Assembly: GCA_040285745.1 (NCBI GenBank)
Contig: JAUFOR010000001.1
Span: forward strand, 62,001-126,000
DNA length: 64,000 nucleotides
DNA from: Barthelona sp. PCE
Lineage: Eukaryota
Direction of reading: 5' to 3'
In this document: one piece after another, positions 10,358-19,681 of the stretch
Position numbering within the stretch: position 1 is the stretch's first letter
Layout of the letters: the number at the start of each line of letters is the position of its first letter
Translations under genes and position numbers: made by a program
The notes under the pieces: generated by a model
Databases searched by the model: none
What the model was told of the DNA's origin: nothing
Seen by the model: the letters and a program-made list of their open reading frames with translations, nothing else

Positions 10358-13300
10358 ATGAGTGCGTTTGCAGAACAATCTCTATACGATGCGTTGGAGC
10401 AATTTCAAATCAACGTTGTACTATTTTACGAAGAAAAATTTCAAAATCTTGGAATTACACTGAGTGTAGACGTTCTCAGTTTCGTGTCAAACCCAGAACT
10501 GCTGGACAAGCGTCTCCTTAGCGCAAGCTTACTCAACGACATTCACCCGATCAGCAGCATTTACGCCTATCTTTATGACGTTAACGAAACATTAAAATCG
10601 CAAGGGGATGCGATAAACCACCACATCACTCTTATCCGTTATGCATTTGCACAACAAGCAGGCTTTGAATATTCTCAATTAGAAAGAACAGTAAGTATCA
10701 ACATCGAACTCAGCTTTGATGGTTTCATAACCGATGATCTGCAGTTTCACCTAAACTCAATCTTCAAACTGAAAGAGCAAAAGGTATTAACCAGAACAAA
10801 GCGCAGTCTCGCACCCTTGTTGGAAGAGAAGCTGAGTATAGGACTGAGTGACACTGTATTCCATCTAAACATCGACTTTGCGTCGTATCTCTCCCTAAAA
10901 GACCCTACAATGCGTCTTGCAGCCTGTCAAGGTTGTGGTTCAGCAAGTCTCTTCGGCCACGTCCCTTCAAGTCTGATTTACATTGCACATGACAGTATTG
11001 GTAAGAGTAGCATCCTCTCTTCGCTGAGGCACATCGTTCACAAGGTCACTGATATGCCAGAACACGCTGGATTTCACATTGACTACGAAACAAAGACGCT
11101 GACAGAGGTGTCACTTATAGTTGAGACCGGAAAGGTGGACCTGGCCCTCTCACAGCTCAACAAAGACGTTTACCCATATGCTCAGGTGAAAGAAATCACA
11201 GAACCGTACTCTAGCGCATTTTTCCGATCATTCAAAATTGAGCCGTTCCATTTCGACGAGTATCGCATCATTAACTTCAAGTATACGTCATTCGACTTCA
11301 CTTCAAGTGGATACATCGAGCAGAAGTTTCATATGTTTCCTCGCAGGCGTATCCACGCTTCCCAAAACGTGTATATCCCTGCCGCCCTTGAGCAACTCAC
11401 TGTTTTTGACGTCAACATGGACATAGTCGTTGACTATGACTCGTTCTTGAACATACAGGATGCTGAAACCCGCAAATTGGCCCTCCAGGGTTTAGGTTCG
11501 GAATGGTTTGCGTTACGAGTTGTCAGGCTCTTCAGATCACTACATGAAGCTCACCCCAAGATCCCAACACACGTTAACCAGCACGTGCGCACATATAAAA
11601 TCGAGTACGCAGCGACACCATCGTGCACCCTTGATCTCCAGAGTCAGTCAGTAAGAGACGTTGTAAGTATTGTACATGGAGAATGGTCCACGAGTGATAT
11701 CGACAGCATGTTCGACAGGGTCTTTTTTGTCGGTGACCTTTCTCGTTTGTTTGAAATTGAAATCGAGGCCCAACAGCAGTTGAAGAATGAGCTTGAGGGT
11801 ATTTTGAAGCACGACCTTGACATTGATATCGACAAAGGGTCATTCCTCGCTCTCCGTGATGATTCCTTAAGGATGCGCGCTGTTGAGTACATACCCACAG
11901 CACTTGTTACAGGTAGAATCGCCCCTTCACTCAGAAAGATCTACGAGAGCTCTGATTTCGAGGATCTTATCACAATGGTGACGAGCTACAGACTGGTTCT
12001 TGGCGTGAAACCGAGAACACACATGCACGAACCGGTTGCAACGTTCGAGCACCGCGACCTGGTAGAGATTGCCGAACCTTCCATTGATCTCGACGTTCTC
12101 GACCGCATGTCACGCGACAGCCTCCCAAACATCGTTTTGGTTGACACTGTGTGTTTAGACGAGAGCGGTATTATGCTAAGTCAAGATCCGTACTACCCCA
12201 TCAGATACGGGCATCTTCTCGCTTGCGCAATGCGCACAGCATCAATAGTGTCCTCGAGCCATATGGTGGACATGCGCGAGAGCGTTGGTTTTGAGGGCCC
12301 CAGCCTCAACCTGTTTTTAAGCGCCGCGTTCAGATCGAAATTTGTGAATGACACGTCACTGAGCTCAGTCGATTTTTTGGAGAGGCTCACGGGTCCATTG
12401 AACCCGGTTGATTACTCCGAGATCGTGCAGAAGCCAGGCGCATTTGTCTTTTTAAGTGATTTGTTCCTAACACTGGCCAAGTCTAGTTCAGTCTTTATTA
12501 GTGAGATACGGAGAGTTAATGAGATCAAACTGCTTGTTGGTGAGGCTAATGAGGTTGCAGGAACCACGATCACAAAGGGTGAGAACATCGAACTCATCAA
12601 GGTGACCAAAAATGTGGACTTCATTACTTATTTCGACGAAGTTCGTGATCAAGACCAGCCCAAGGAGCTCACAAAGGCGCTAAACATATACTTTGGGCCT
12701 GAGGTCCTGCACAATATCAGGGCAAAGTTGGAGCAGGTCATCGTGAGGGAACTCCGTCTGGTTGAGCAGGAAACAATCGAAAGAGTACAGAATACCACTG
12801 TGCCTGAGCTCAAACGCCGACTCAACGACGCGCTCGGGCTCGAAGGCGATGACGTGTGGGACCTAGATGTTTATATCGACTGGAGATCAATTCTCATATT
12901 GCCGAACAGGGAGCAAAGGGTCGGTATTCTTGAGGCTTTCGGGGGAGATATGCTGCTGGGCCGCCTACTTGCTGTCGTAGTTGCGCTTGTAGAGGATCCA
13001 TTCATCGATAGCACGTGGCTCGCCTCCATGCTGAGGTCAAACATCGCGCAGTATAATGTATGTCTTTTGAGCGAGCACAACGCCGACCCGATGCTCTGTC
13101 AGGAGCCGCAGACGAGAATGCGCGAGACTGACGAGGGTGGCTGGGCCATCGACGACTTTTCAGTACTTGACGTAACATCGCGTCAGATGGAAGGTAACGA
13201 CCGCCGATCGATCATGTTGGGTGAGTTCAGCGATATCCCAATCCCGATAAAGTATGGAGACATCGGCTCTCTGCTTAACGTGCACCGTGTTGGTGTGCAT

Positions 13301-14413
13301 CGCATCATGAACAAGGTCAATACAGAGATGTTAACTGAGGTTCTGTACACCCTGGCCCATGCTCATAGAACAGTGCTTGGTCTGGATGGCACAGTGCTAC
13401 AGATCGCGGATGCCCACTCGCTGATTGCAGAGGTGGACTGGGACAGCTTTATGCTGCAGTACGATAGTGACATGCAGAGGTATTCGCGCTTCGTTAATGC
13501 TGCTCAGATTGATGATTGTGTGTTCGAAGGCGTGCTTATTGCACTGCAAACCGTATATGGGTGCCCACCAGACTCGATTTTGAAGGCAAACACAGACCCC
13601 ATCATAACAGCAACAACGAGCAAGCGAGCGAAGAAGGATTCGCTCCTTCGTGGTATCTCTATCAGCTGCGGTCCTCCACCTTTACGTCTCCACGTCGACC
13701 GTGAGACACGCGTGCTCATCATCACATCGCCATTCTTAGAACCAAAATCGCTTCCTTCACCCGAAGACATCGTTACCGTACTCAAACAGTGGCTGTTTGT
13801 TGAGCAGATCGCAATGGGAGACAGTGAAGGGCGCCTGCGCATCCTGAAAGAGACCTTGAGCCTACGCCATGTGCGGAATGGAAATCTCGAATACGTGGAG
13901 TCCATTCTAGACGAAGCCGTCTTCCACCGCTCACCGTGTCTGTGTCCACATGCCATCATGTCGCAGTTCCCGCTCGGAATTGTTGACCAGAGCATGCGAT
14001 TGGTCGGGCTGCACAAGATCAGAGGTATGTTTGATACTGGTCGTCTGCGAATCTTTGCAGTACAGCCTCAACTGGGTGAGCTCGTCATATACAGACCCCC
14101 GCCAAGGTTGCAAGAAAGCCTACGCCTTCCGCTGAGCGAACTACGCGGTATTGCTGTTGGATTACTGTCGGGGTCAGAGCACTATGCTCTTGAAATCATA
14201 ACGAGTGAGCAACTTCCAGATAACAGACGTCTTGTCTTTAGTCTTTTGACAACCAGCGATGAGATAAATTCATACGCAGCTGTGCTAGAGATCACACTGA
14301 TGATCTTAGCTGCAAGCGGAGCGAGTGCTCTCAAAAACAAACATCAGTTCCCCTTCTTCGATGAGAGGCCTTCCATCGAGAAGCCAAGTGGTAAGGTGTT
14401 GGGTATTTTTTAA
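10358..14413 (+). CDS. Uncharacterised ~1350-aa protein with internal repeats and a possible C-terminal PH-like domain
   Basis: 4-kb ORF, first ATG 10358 (MSAFAEQ); recurring [IV]DxxS[FYI] motif; AATAAA overlaps the stop. Confidence 0.85.
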   Translation: MSAFAEQSLYDALEQFQINVVLFYEEKFQNLGITLSVDVLSFVSNPELLDKRLLSASLLNDIHPISSIYAYLYDVNETLKSQGDAINHHITLIRYAFAQQAGFEYSQLERTVSINIELSFDGFITDDLQFHLNSIFKLKEQKVLTRTKRSLAPLLEEKLSIGLSDTVFHLNIDFASYLSLKDPTMRLAACQGCGSASLFGHVPSSLIYIAHDSIGKSSILSSLRHIVHKVTDMPEHAGFHIDYETKTLTEVSLIVETGKVDLALSQLNKDVYPYAQVKEITEPYSSAFFRSFKIEPFHFDEYRIINFKYTSFDFTSSGYIEQKFHMFPRRRIHASQNVYIPAALEQLTVFDVNMDIVVDYDSFLNIQDAETRKLALQGLGSEWFALRVVRLFRSLHEAHPKIPTHVNQHVRTYKIEYAATPSCTLDLQSQSVRDVVSIVHGEWSTSDIDSMFDRVFFVGDLSRLFEIEIEAQQQLKNELEGILKHDLDIDIDKGSFLALRDDSLRMRAVEYIPTALVTGRIAPSLRKIYESSDFEDLITMVTSYRLVLGVKPRTHMHEPVATFEHRDLVEIAEPSIDLDVLDRMSRDSLPNIVLVDTVCLDESGIMLSQDPYYPIRYGHLLACAMRTASIVSSSHMVDMRESVGFEGPSLNLFLSAAFRSKFVNDTSLSSVDFLERLTGPLNPVDYSEIVQKPGAFVFLSDLFLTLAKSSSVFISEIRRVNEIKLLVGEANEVAGTTITKGENIELIKVTKNVDFITYFDEVRDQDQPKELTKALNIYFGPEVLHNIRAKLEQVIVRELRLVEQETIERVQNTTVPELKRRLNDALGLEGDDVWDLDVYIDWRSILILPNREQRVGILEAFGGDMLLGRLLAVVVALVEDPFIDSTWLASMLRSNIAQYNVCLLSEHNADPMLCQEPQTRMRETDEGGWAIDDFSVLDVTSRQMEGNDRRSIMLGEFSDIPIPIKYGDIGSLLNVHRVGVHRIMNKVNTEMLTEVLYTLAHAHRTVLGLDGTVLQIADAHSLIAEVDWDSFMLQYDSDMQRYSRFVNAAQIDDCVFEGVLIALQTVYGCPPDSILKANTDPIITATTSKRAKKDSLLRGISISCGPPPLRLHVDRETRVLIITSPFLEPKSLPSPEDIVTVLKQWLFVEQIAMGDSEGRLRILKETLSLRHVRNGNLEYVESILDEAVFHRSPCLCPHAIMSQFPLGIVDQSMRLVGLHKIRGMFDTGRLRIFAVQPQLGELVIYRPPPRLQESLRLPLSELRGIAVGLLSGSEHYALEIITSEQLPDNRRLVFSLLTTSDEINSYAAVLEITLMILAASGASALKNKHQFPFFDERPSIEKPSGKVLGIF

Positions 14414-14428
14414 TAAACATAAAGAGAT

Positions 14429-17400
14429 TTATTCCTTTGTGGTGTTAAATCCAACTTTGGGCATCGATTTGAATGCCCTAATGCTTCCTATTGATGATGG
14501 CATCTGATTTTTGTAGTACATAACACCCTGATCCATTGCATGTTGCTGCAAAAGGGCGTTTGACACTGAATTCCCAAAGGCTGAAGCACTCTGGAATTTA
14601 TAAGGAAAACTATGTTGAATTAGTGTAAAGTAAGATCCTGAAGCACTCTTCTCCACATACAAATCAGTGTTGCGCGTTGAGTTATCGATAATCGGTTTGT
14701 GCTGTATTTCTGAAACTTCACTCACAACAGGCTCTTCAACAGGATCTTCAACTACCTTCTCAGTCTTGCCTTTCCGTATCAGTTCGTCCATTTCGCTTGC
14801 AAAATTGACCGCATTCGGCCATTGAATGACAATATCATCAGCCTCCTCCTTGAGCATCGAAGATATATCCTTCTGTATAGGGCTAGTAACAAATTTGATG
14901 ATTCCCTTAGTCTGCTTAACTGATGTCCACGCTAGGATTTCGAAAGCATTCGCTCTTAGGCCCTTGAGGTACTTCTCTTTTGTTGGGTAGAGATGGGTGC
15001 ATGCTTCGAACATGATATAGACACTGCGACAGAACTCTTGAAGCGTCTTTATCGAGCGATTCTTTATCTTGCGCATAATTCGAATGATACTGGCATCACC
15101 AGAACCCTTCATTAACAGATTTTGGTTGTCTTTATCTGCTCTACGTATTTGGTACACGAAGCATGTTAAGAAACCATAGAAATCAACCTGGTCATCAATG
15201 CCAACCAGCAACATGCTGCTTCCCTTAGCAATATCCTCGTCAAAGAACGGCTTGTCATCCCAATAAAGCAAAATCGAAGGATCAACGAGCTCAGTATCCG
15301 AAAAAGGATAAAAAATGCTGAGGGTGTCTATTGTGCGTCGCGGGAAGGACTTTATGAGAGTAAAGTCACCGTCATTCATACGCTCGGTGATAATATCTAT
15401 ATCAGTGACGATTTCACTTGCCTGAACGATCTCCAGCTCCGACAGCATCTTCGATGACTCGCTCACATAATCAAGGATCTCACGCGCAAGGTGCACGACG
15501 GTATCACCCGGATTCATGATCTGAGACAGCTCTTGATACAAGAGGCGAAGATCGCTGATAACGTCCAAGTGGCTGTCGTACGGCGTGACCTTTGAAAGGG
15601 AGCGGGACAGTGTACAATCCCCCTCGAAAAACTCCTTGGCGTCGTTAACAATATCGTCAAAGGAAAACTGTGGAATATAAAAGTCCTTCGTCACACCTCC
15701 CTCGTCATCCGGTGTATCGTAGAATCGAAACATGGCCGCAATACGCTTCATAACCATCTCGGATGAGTTTGCAACGTTCATACCTCGATTAATAAAAGCA
15801 CGCGTATCTTTCTTGAACTCAATCGATGTAACACCCTTCTCATCAGCCAAATCAATGAATTCTTCGAATAAGGCACAATGTGGATCGTCGCATGTGGTTC
15901 TCTCGTGTGCAAACACCTCGCTTAACAACGTGACAAAAATTCGCTTCTTAATGTAATCGAAGAATGGAACCGAGTCGCTGATCTCTGGGTACAGGTCAGA
16001 GCTCCAACGGTGCAAGAAATTACCGTAGTAATCATGGGACATTGCAAATTGCAGCTGGAAATACAGATATGTGCTCAGAAGCACTTTTCCATCACACTCC
16101 TTTGCATAATCATCAATAAACTTTTTCAGAAACTTCTCGTTAGCCTCTATTGTATCTGTTATCGAACTAGTCCTGTTGAGCAGCTGCAGCTCTCTCTTTT
16201 CTCGTTTTGTAAGGGTGATACGCTCTTTCACCACGTCAAAGCTGCTAAAATATGCAGTTATTGCCGTCTCTGTCTTGGTCTTAAGCTGTCGTGCATACTT
16301 GTAGAAGTACGATGATTCTCCGTTGAAGACCATTGCATTCTCAAGCATCAGGTGAACCTCGTCGATGAACCTCTTCATTGACTTGTAGTGATTAAGCTCG
16401 GCTTTCCGCCTGATACGAATGAGATCAAGAGGCTGGGTGACAAAATAAGAGTAAAATGGAAGCGCTCTATCGTTGACTGGTGTATTGAAGATGTTTTCGA
16501 CATCCATTGGGATCAAAACCTTGTCCACAACCTCAACACACACATCCCTTATGTCTTTCTTCTCAAACTTGGGTTGAACAACAAAGAAATTCTTTCGTCG
16601 CATGAACTCAAAAATCTGGCGCACAAACCGATGCGAGATATCGGCGTAGAATCCAGAACCGTGATAGTCAATGCAATTCGTAAATATCAGCAGAAGATCA
16701 CGCAGGAAAGCGTGCACCCAACTTAGCAAATCATTCTTCACGACATAGAGACCCTGTGCAATGTTGTCCCTCAGCGTCTGGAAACACATCGGACGGGTCA
16801 CAATTTCTGAATAGTTCTCGGCAACTGTATCATTTACCGGGTCTTCGAAAACACGCGCTCCTGGGACACGGAACGCGAACTGGAGCATAGCGTTGATGAA
16901 CAAATCAAAAGAGATCTCGTGTCCCTCGCGCTCGCTGCTGTAAATTACTGAAAAATGAGTGTGGTAATACTCAATAAAATCGGTTCCGCATCCCTTAAGG
17001 AACGTCGAAAGGAATGCCTTGTACATCTCACCGACATCCTCCCGGAAGTGCTTCAAGAGCAGGCGCTTCAGGCTGTCCACGAATTTTAGGAATTCTGTGC
17101 ACAGGCCCTGAAAATTGAACACCGCTCCACTATGAATCTGTTTGATAAACTTGTTGTATACACCTCGGAACTGGCTGACAGACCTGATGTACTCATTCTC
17201 ATCGTGCTTCTTGATTGTCTCCTCAACAAAGCGAAACAATTCATCTTTCTCTTCATCAGTCATCATGACGTACAGACCAAATAGGTTCTCTTTAGAGAAT
17301 GTACGGAAGCTTCTGTAGCGCTTTGGCCCATAATTTGTGTTCTTAAGACCCTTTAGCGGTACAGCTTGCAAAACACCAAGAAGATGTGGTAATCGTGCTA

Positions 17401-17560
17401 GTTGTGATTCCTGAGTAACGTCAATTCCATACATTTCGTTCGAGAGTACTGCTGCTTCATCAATGACGTTAACTATAACGTTAGATGATGCTGTACGTTG
17501 AATTTTTGCTTCTGGACCCCCATATTGTATCCTACGCTTCTTCTCTTCCTCCCTCGTCAT
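14429..17560 (-). CDS. Multi-bromodomain protein
   Basis: FEDPV...YSEIVTRPM...LLLIFTNCIDYH and FNTPV...YSYFVTQPLDL...VHLMLENAMVFN are clear bromodomains; more degenerate copies lie downstream. Confidence 0.88.
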   Translation of the reverse strand: MTREEEKKRRIQYGGPEAKIQRTASSNVIVNVIDEAAVLSNEMYGIDVTQESQLARLPHLLGVLQAVPLKGLKNTNYGPKRYRSFRTFSKENLFGLYVMMTDEEKDELFRFVEETIKKHDENEYIRSVSQFRGVYNKFIKQIHSGAVFNFQGLCTEFLKFVDSLKRLLLKHFREDVGEMYKAFLSTFLKGCGTDFIEYYHTHFSVIYSSEREGHEISFDLFINAMLQFAFRVPGARVFEDPVNDTVAENYSEIVTRPMCFQTLRDNIAQGLYVVKNDLLSWVHAFLRDLLLIFTNCIDYHGSGFYADISHRFVRQIFEFMRRKNFFVVQPKFEKKDIRDVCVEVVDKVLIPMDVENIFNTPVNDRALPFYSYFVTQPLDLIRIRRKAELNHYKSMKRFIDEVHLMLENAMVFNGESSYFYKYARQLKTKTETAITAYFSSFDVVKERITLTKREKRELQLLNRTSSITDTIEANEKFLKKFIDDYAKECDGKVLLSTYLYFQLQFAMSHDYYGNFLHRWSSDLYPEISDSVPFFDYIKKRIFVTLLSEVFAHERTTCDDPHCALFEEFIDLADEKGVTSIEFKKDTRAFINRGMNVANSSEMVMKRIAAMFRFYDTPDDEGGVTKDFYIPQFSFDDIVNDAKEFFEGDCTLSRSLSKVTPYDSHLDVISDLRLLYQELSQIMNPGDTVVHLAREILDYVSESSKMLSELEIVQASEIVTDIDIITERMNDGDFTLIKSFPRRTIDTLSIFYPFSDTELVDPSILLYWDDKPFFDEDIAKGSSMLLVGIDDQVDFYGFLTCFVYQIRRADKDNQNLLMKGSGDASIIRIMRKIKNRSIKTLQEFCRSVYIMFEACTHLYPTKEKYLKGLRANAFEILAWTSVKQTKGIIKFVTSPIQKDISSMLKEEADDIVIQWPNAVNFASEMDELIRKGKTEKVVEDPVEEPVVSEVSEIQHKPIIDNSTRNTDLYVEKSASGSYFTLIQHSFPYKFQSASAFGNSVSNALLQQHAMDQGVMYYKNQMPSSIGSIRAFKSMPKVGFNTTKE

Positions 17561-17770
17561 TGGAAGAGTTACAGATGCTATTTAAAAAGCGCAAAGAAGG
17601 TGATTTAGTAAACAACAGCCTTTTTTTGAGAAGTATTTAATCCGGTAATATTGTTAATCGAGAGAGAAATACACTCTAAATGATGAACGATTTGGACATT
17701 TAAAAAGACAAAAGTCGCAAAAAAATGAACCACCATTGAAAACAACCTTATCACAGAGCAACAGCAATTT

Positions 17771-19630
17771 TTACTTTCTCAGGGGTCTCCTGCCCTTTAA
17801 CTTGTACACTGGCACAATCTTACGCGCAAGTAACTTACGTGGTGCCTTAGCAGTCTCGATAACATTGCTCAGCAAACGTTTTTCCTCATTCTTCTTCTTA
17901 CTAGCAATGAAACAGATTTTATACACTGCACCCTCGATTTGCACCTTCTTAATCCATGGCAACTCCTTGCTCAACCTCAGCAACACCCCTTTTAGTGGAC
18001 GACTTTCTTCAACAACCATCTTGACCAGGTTACAGACCTTGTTGAACTTGTGGGTCCAGAACGACGTCTCCATCGCCAACTGTTGTAACAATTCAAGGCT
18101 CTCTTCCTCCTGGAAAAGAGCACTCACTCTCTCGAATCGCTCATCCGACTTTGGGAATGAGAGCGCAAGCCAGCACTGTCTGATCGTCTCGATACAATGC
18201 CCGAACCCCTTCTCAATGGCTCCGTCTATCGTCTTCTCTGCGTCTGTGAATGGCGTCAGCCCAGACAGATCAAGAACAAGAACGCGCTCCTTCTTCTTTC
18301 TCTTGCGCTCCTTCTTCTTACGGCTCTTCGTTCGCAAATTCAGAACGTTCTTCTCTAATGTGCTCAGGTTCCTCGTCTTCGTGATAGTTTTCTGGAATGT
18401 ATTGCTCTTTACCCATTGGTTATGCTCATCAAGAAGACTGTCATAGACCAACAAAGATGGGTCATGTGTCACCCGTGTGTTGAAAGGCACGTCCTTCCTC
18501 GATGTGCTCTTCCTCCGTGATGATACCGTGCGGTCTGAAGAGTATATATCTGGAAGAGACATGCGCGAATCAATACCTTCTGTACTATCCATCACTGTTT
18601 TCGGCCTCACCCGAATTGGGTTATTAATGAGATCCCTGATCTCCTCCTCGTCCTTTCGAGCACGCATCGGCTTTGCTTTCGTGCGACGACGCGATTTGGT
18701 CTCGTTCATATAAAAATTCTCTTTCTGAAAAAACTCAGTGTGCGTTTTACGCAGGCGATCAGTACGGCTACGAGACCGAACACGGCTCGCCTTCTTAGTC
18801 ACGGGACGCCTGGGTCGCACTAACCCATGCTCCTTTAGTATACTATCAAGGTCATAACTGAGCTTTGGTTCAACATGATACATGAATCCTGGGTCATAGA
18901 CAGGTGCAACAAGGCCCTGTGACATCTGCAAGTGCTTTACCTGGCTTTCTTCATCTTCTATAACATGCTCTACTGCCTCCTCTTCGTTAAAATCTTCAAC
19001 ACTATAATCATCATCAAACGGTTCGGGTGTGATACTGTTTGCATTGCTTGTGCGCGATGCACCCCTGTTGCGTTCAGGGCTAGCATCCATGTCAGATAGG
19101 TCCTGGGTGGCATCAAGATACTCATGATACTCATAATCGCTATCTTCGTTCACATTAGATCCATTGACTGAACTCAGCTCACTAGTCATCTCTGAAACTG
19201 TGTTGAATGCCGGAGTGTGCTCAACTGTGTCGTCTAGGTCGTTTAAGGCATTGGCAAGGCTTCTTGACGGGATGTGTACAGGTTGTCCAGCGTTATCGTC
19301 TTCAAAATCATCAAAAGAACTAGTGACGCTATTAATATCCAGCTCAACTGACTTACGTTCGTCCATTTCAGGAAGCATAGACTTGATTACACTATCTGGA
19401 ACACGATCGGGTAAATCGCTTGGGATTTCAAAGTCTTCTTCTTCTTCTTCTTCTTCAAAACCATTCTCCGAGATACCGCCTGATATGGGTCCCAAGTTGC
19501 TCCCAACAAGCCCTGTATTTGAAGACATAAATGAAGAACCTATAAGTTCATCTGCCGTAATGTCTTGTCGTGGTGTGTTTGATGGAAGACTTTCAAAATC
19601 GTCGTCTTCCTCGTCAAAAAACGGATTCAT
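17771..19630 (-). CDS. Hypothetical protein with a long acidic/disordered N-terminus and helical C-terminus
   Basis: Long ORF, first ATG 19630 (MNPFFDEEDDD). Confidence 0.8.
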   Translation of the reverse strand: MNPFFDEEDDDFESLPSNTPRQDITADELIGSSFMSSNTGLVGSNLGPISGGISENGFEEEEEEEDFEIPSDLPDRVPDSVIKSMLPEMDERKSVELDINSVTSSFDDFEDDNAGQPVHIPSRSLANALNDLDDTVEHTPAFNTVSEMTSELSSVNGSNVNEDSDYEYHEYLDATQDLSDMDASPERNRGASRTSNANSITPEPFDDDYSVEDFNEEEAVEHVIEDEESQVKHLQMSQGLVAPVYDPGFMYHVEPKLSYDLDSILKEHGLVRPRRPVTKKASRVRSRSRTDRLRKTHTEFFQKENFYMNETKSRRRTKAKPMRARKDEEEIRDLINNPIRVRPKTVMDSTEGIDSRMSLPDIYSSDRTVSSRRKSTSRKDVPFNTRVTHDPSLLVYDSLLDEHNQWVKSNTFQKTITKTRNLSTLEKNVLNLRTKSRKKKERKRKKKERVLVLDLSGLTPFTDAEKTIDGAIEKGFGHCIETIRQCWLALSFPKSDERFERVSALFQEEESLELLQQLAMETSFWTHKFNKVCNLVKMVVEESRPLKGVLLRLSKELPWIKKVQIEGAVYKICFIASKKKNEEKRLLSNVIETAKAPRKLLARKIVPVYKLKGRRPLRK

Positions 19631-19681
19631 ATATAGAAACCGAAGAGAAAGGGTGTTTTTCAAATTTACACCTTTTCAATA

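Noticed and set aside
17680-17750. C-box ATGATGA followed by a sequence loosely antisense to a conserved LSU rRNA stretch
   Set aside because: No CTGA D box or terminal stem, and the match is imperfect.
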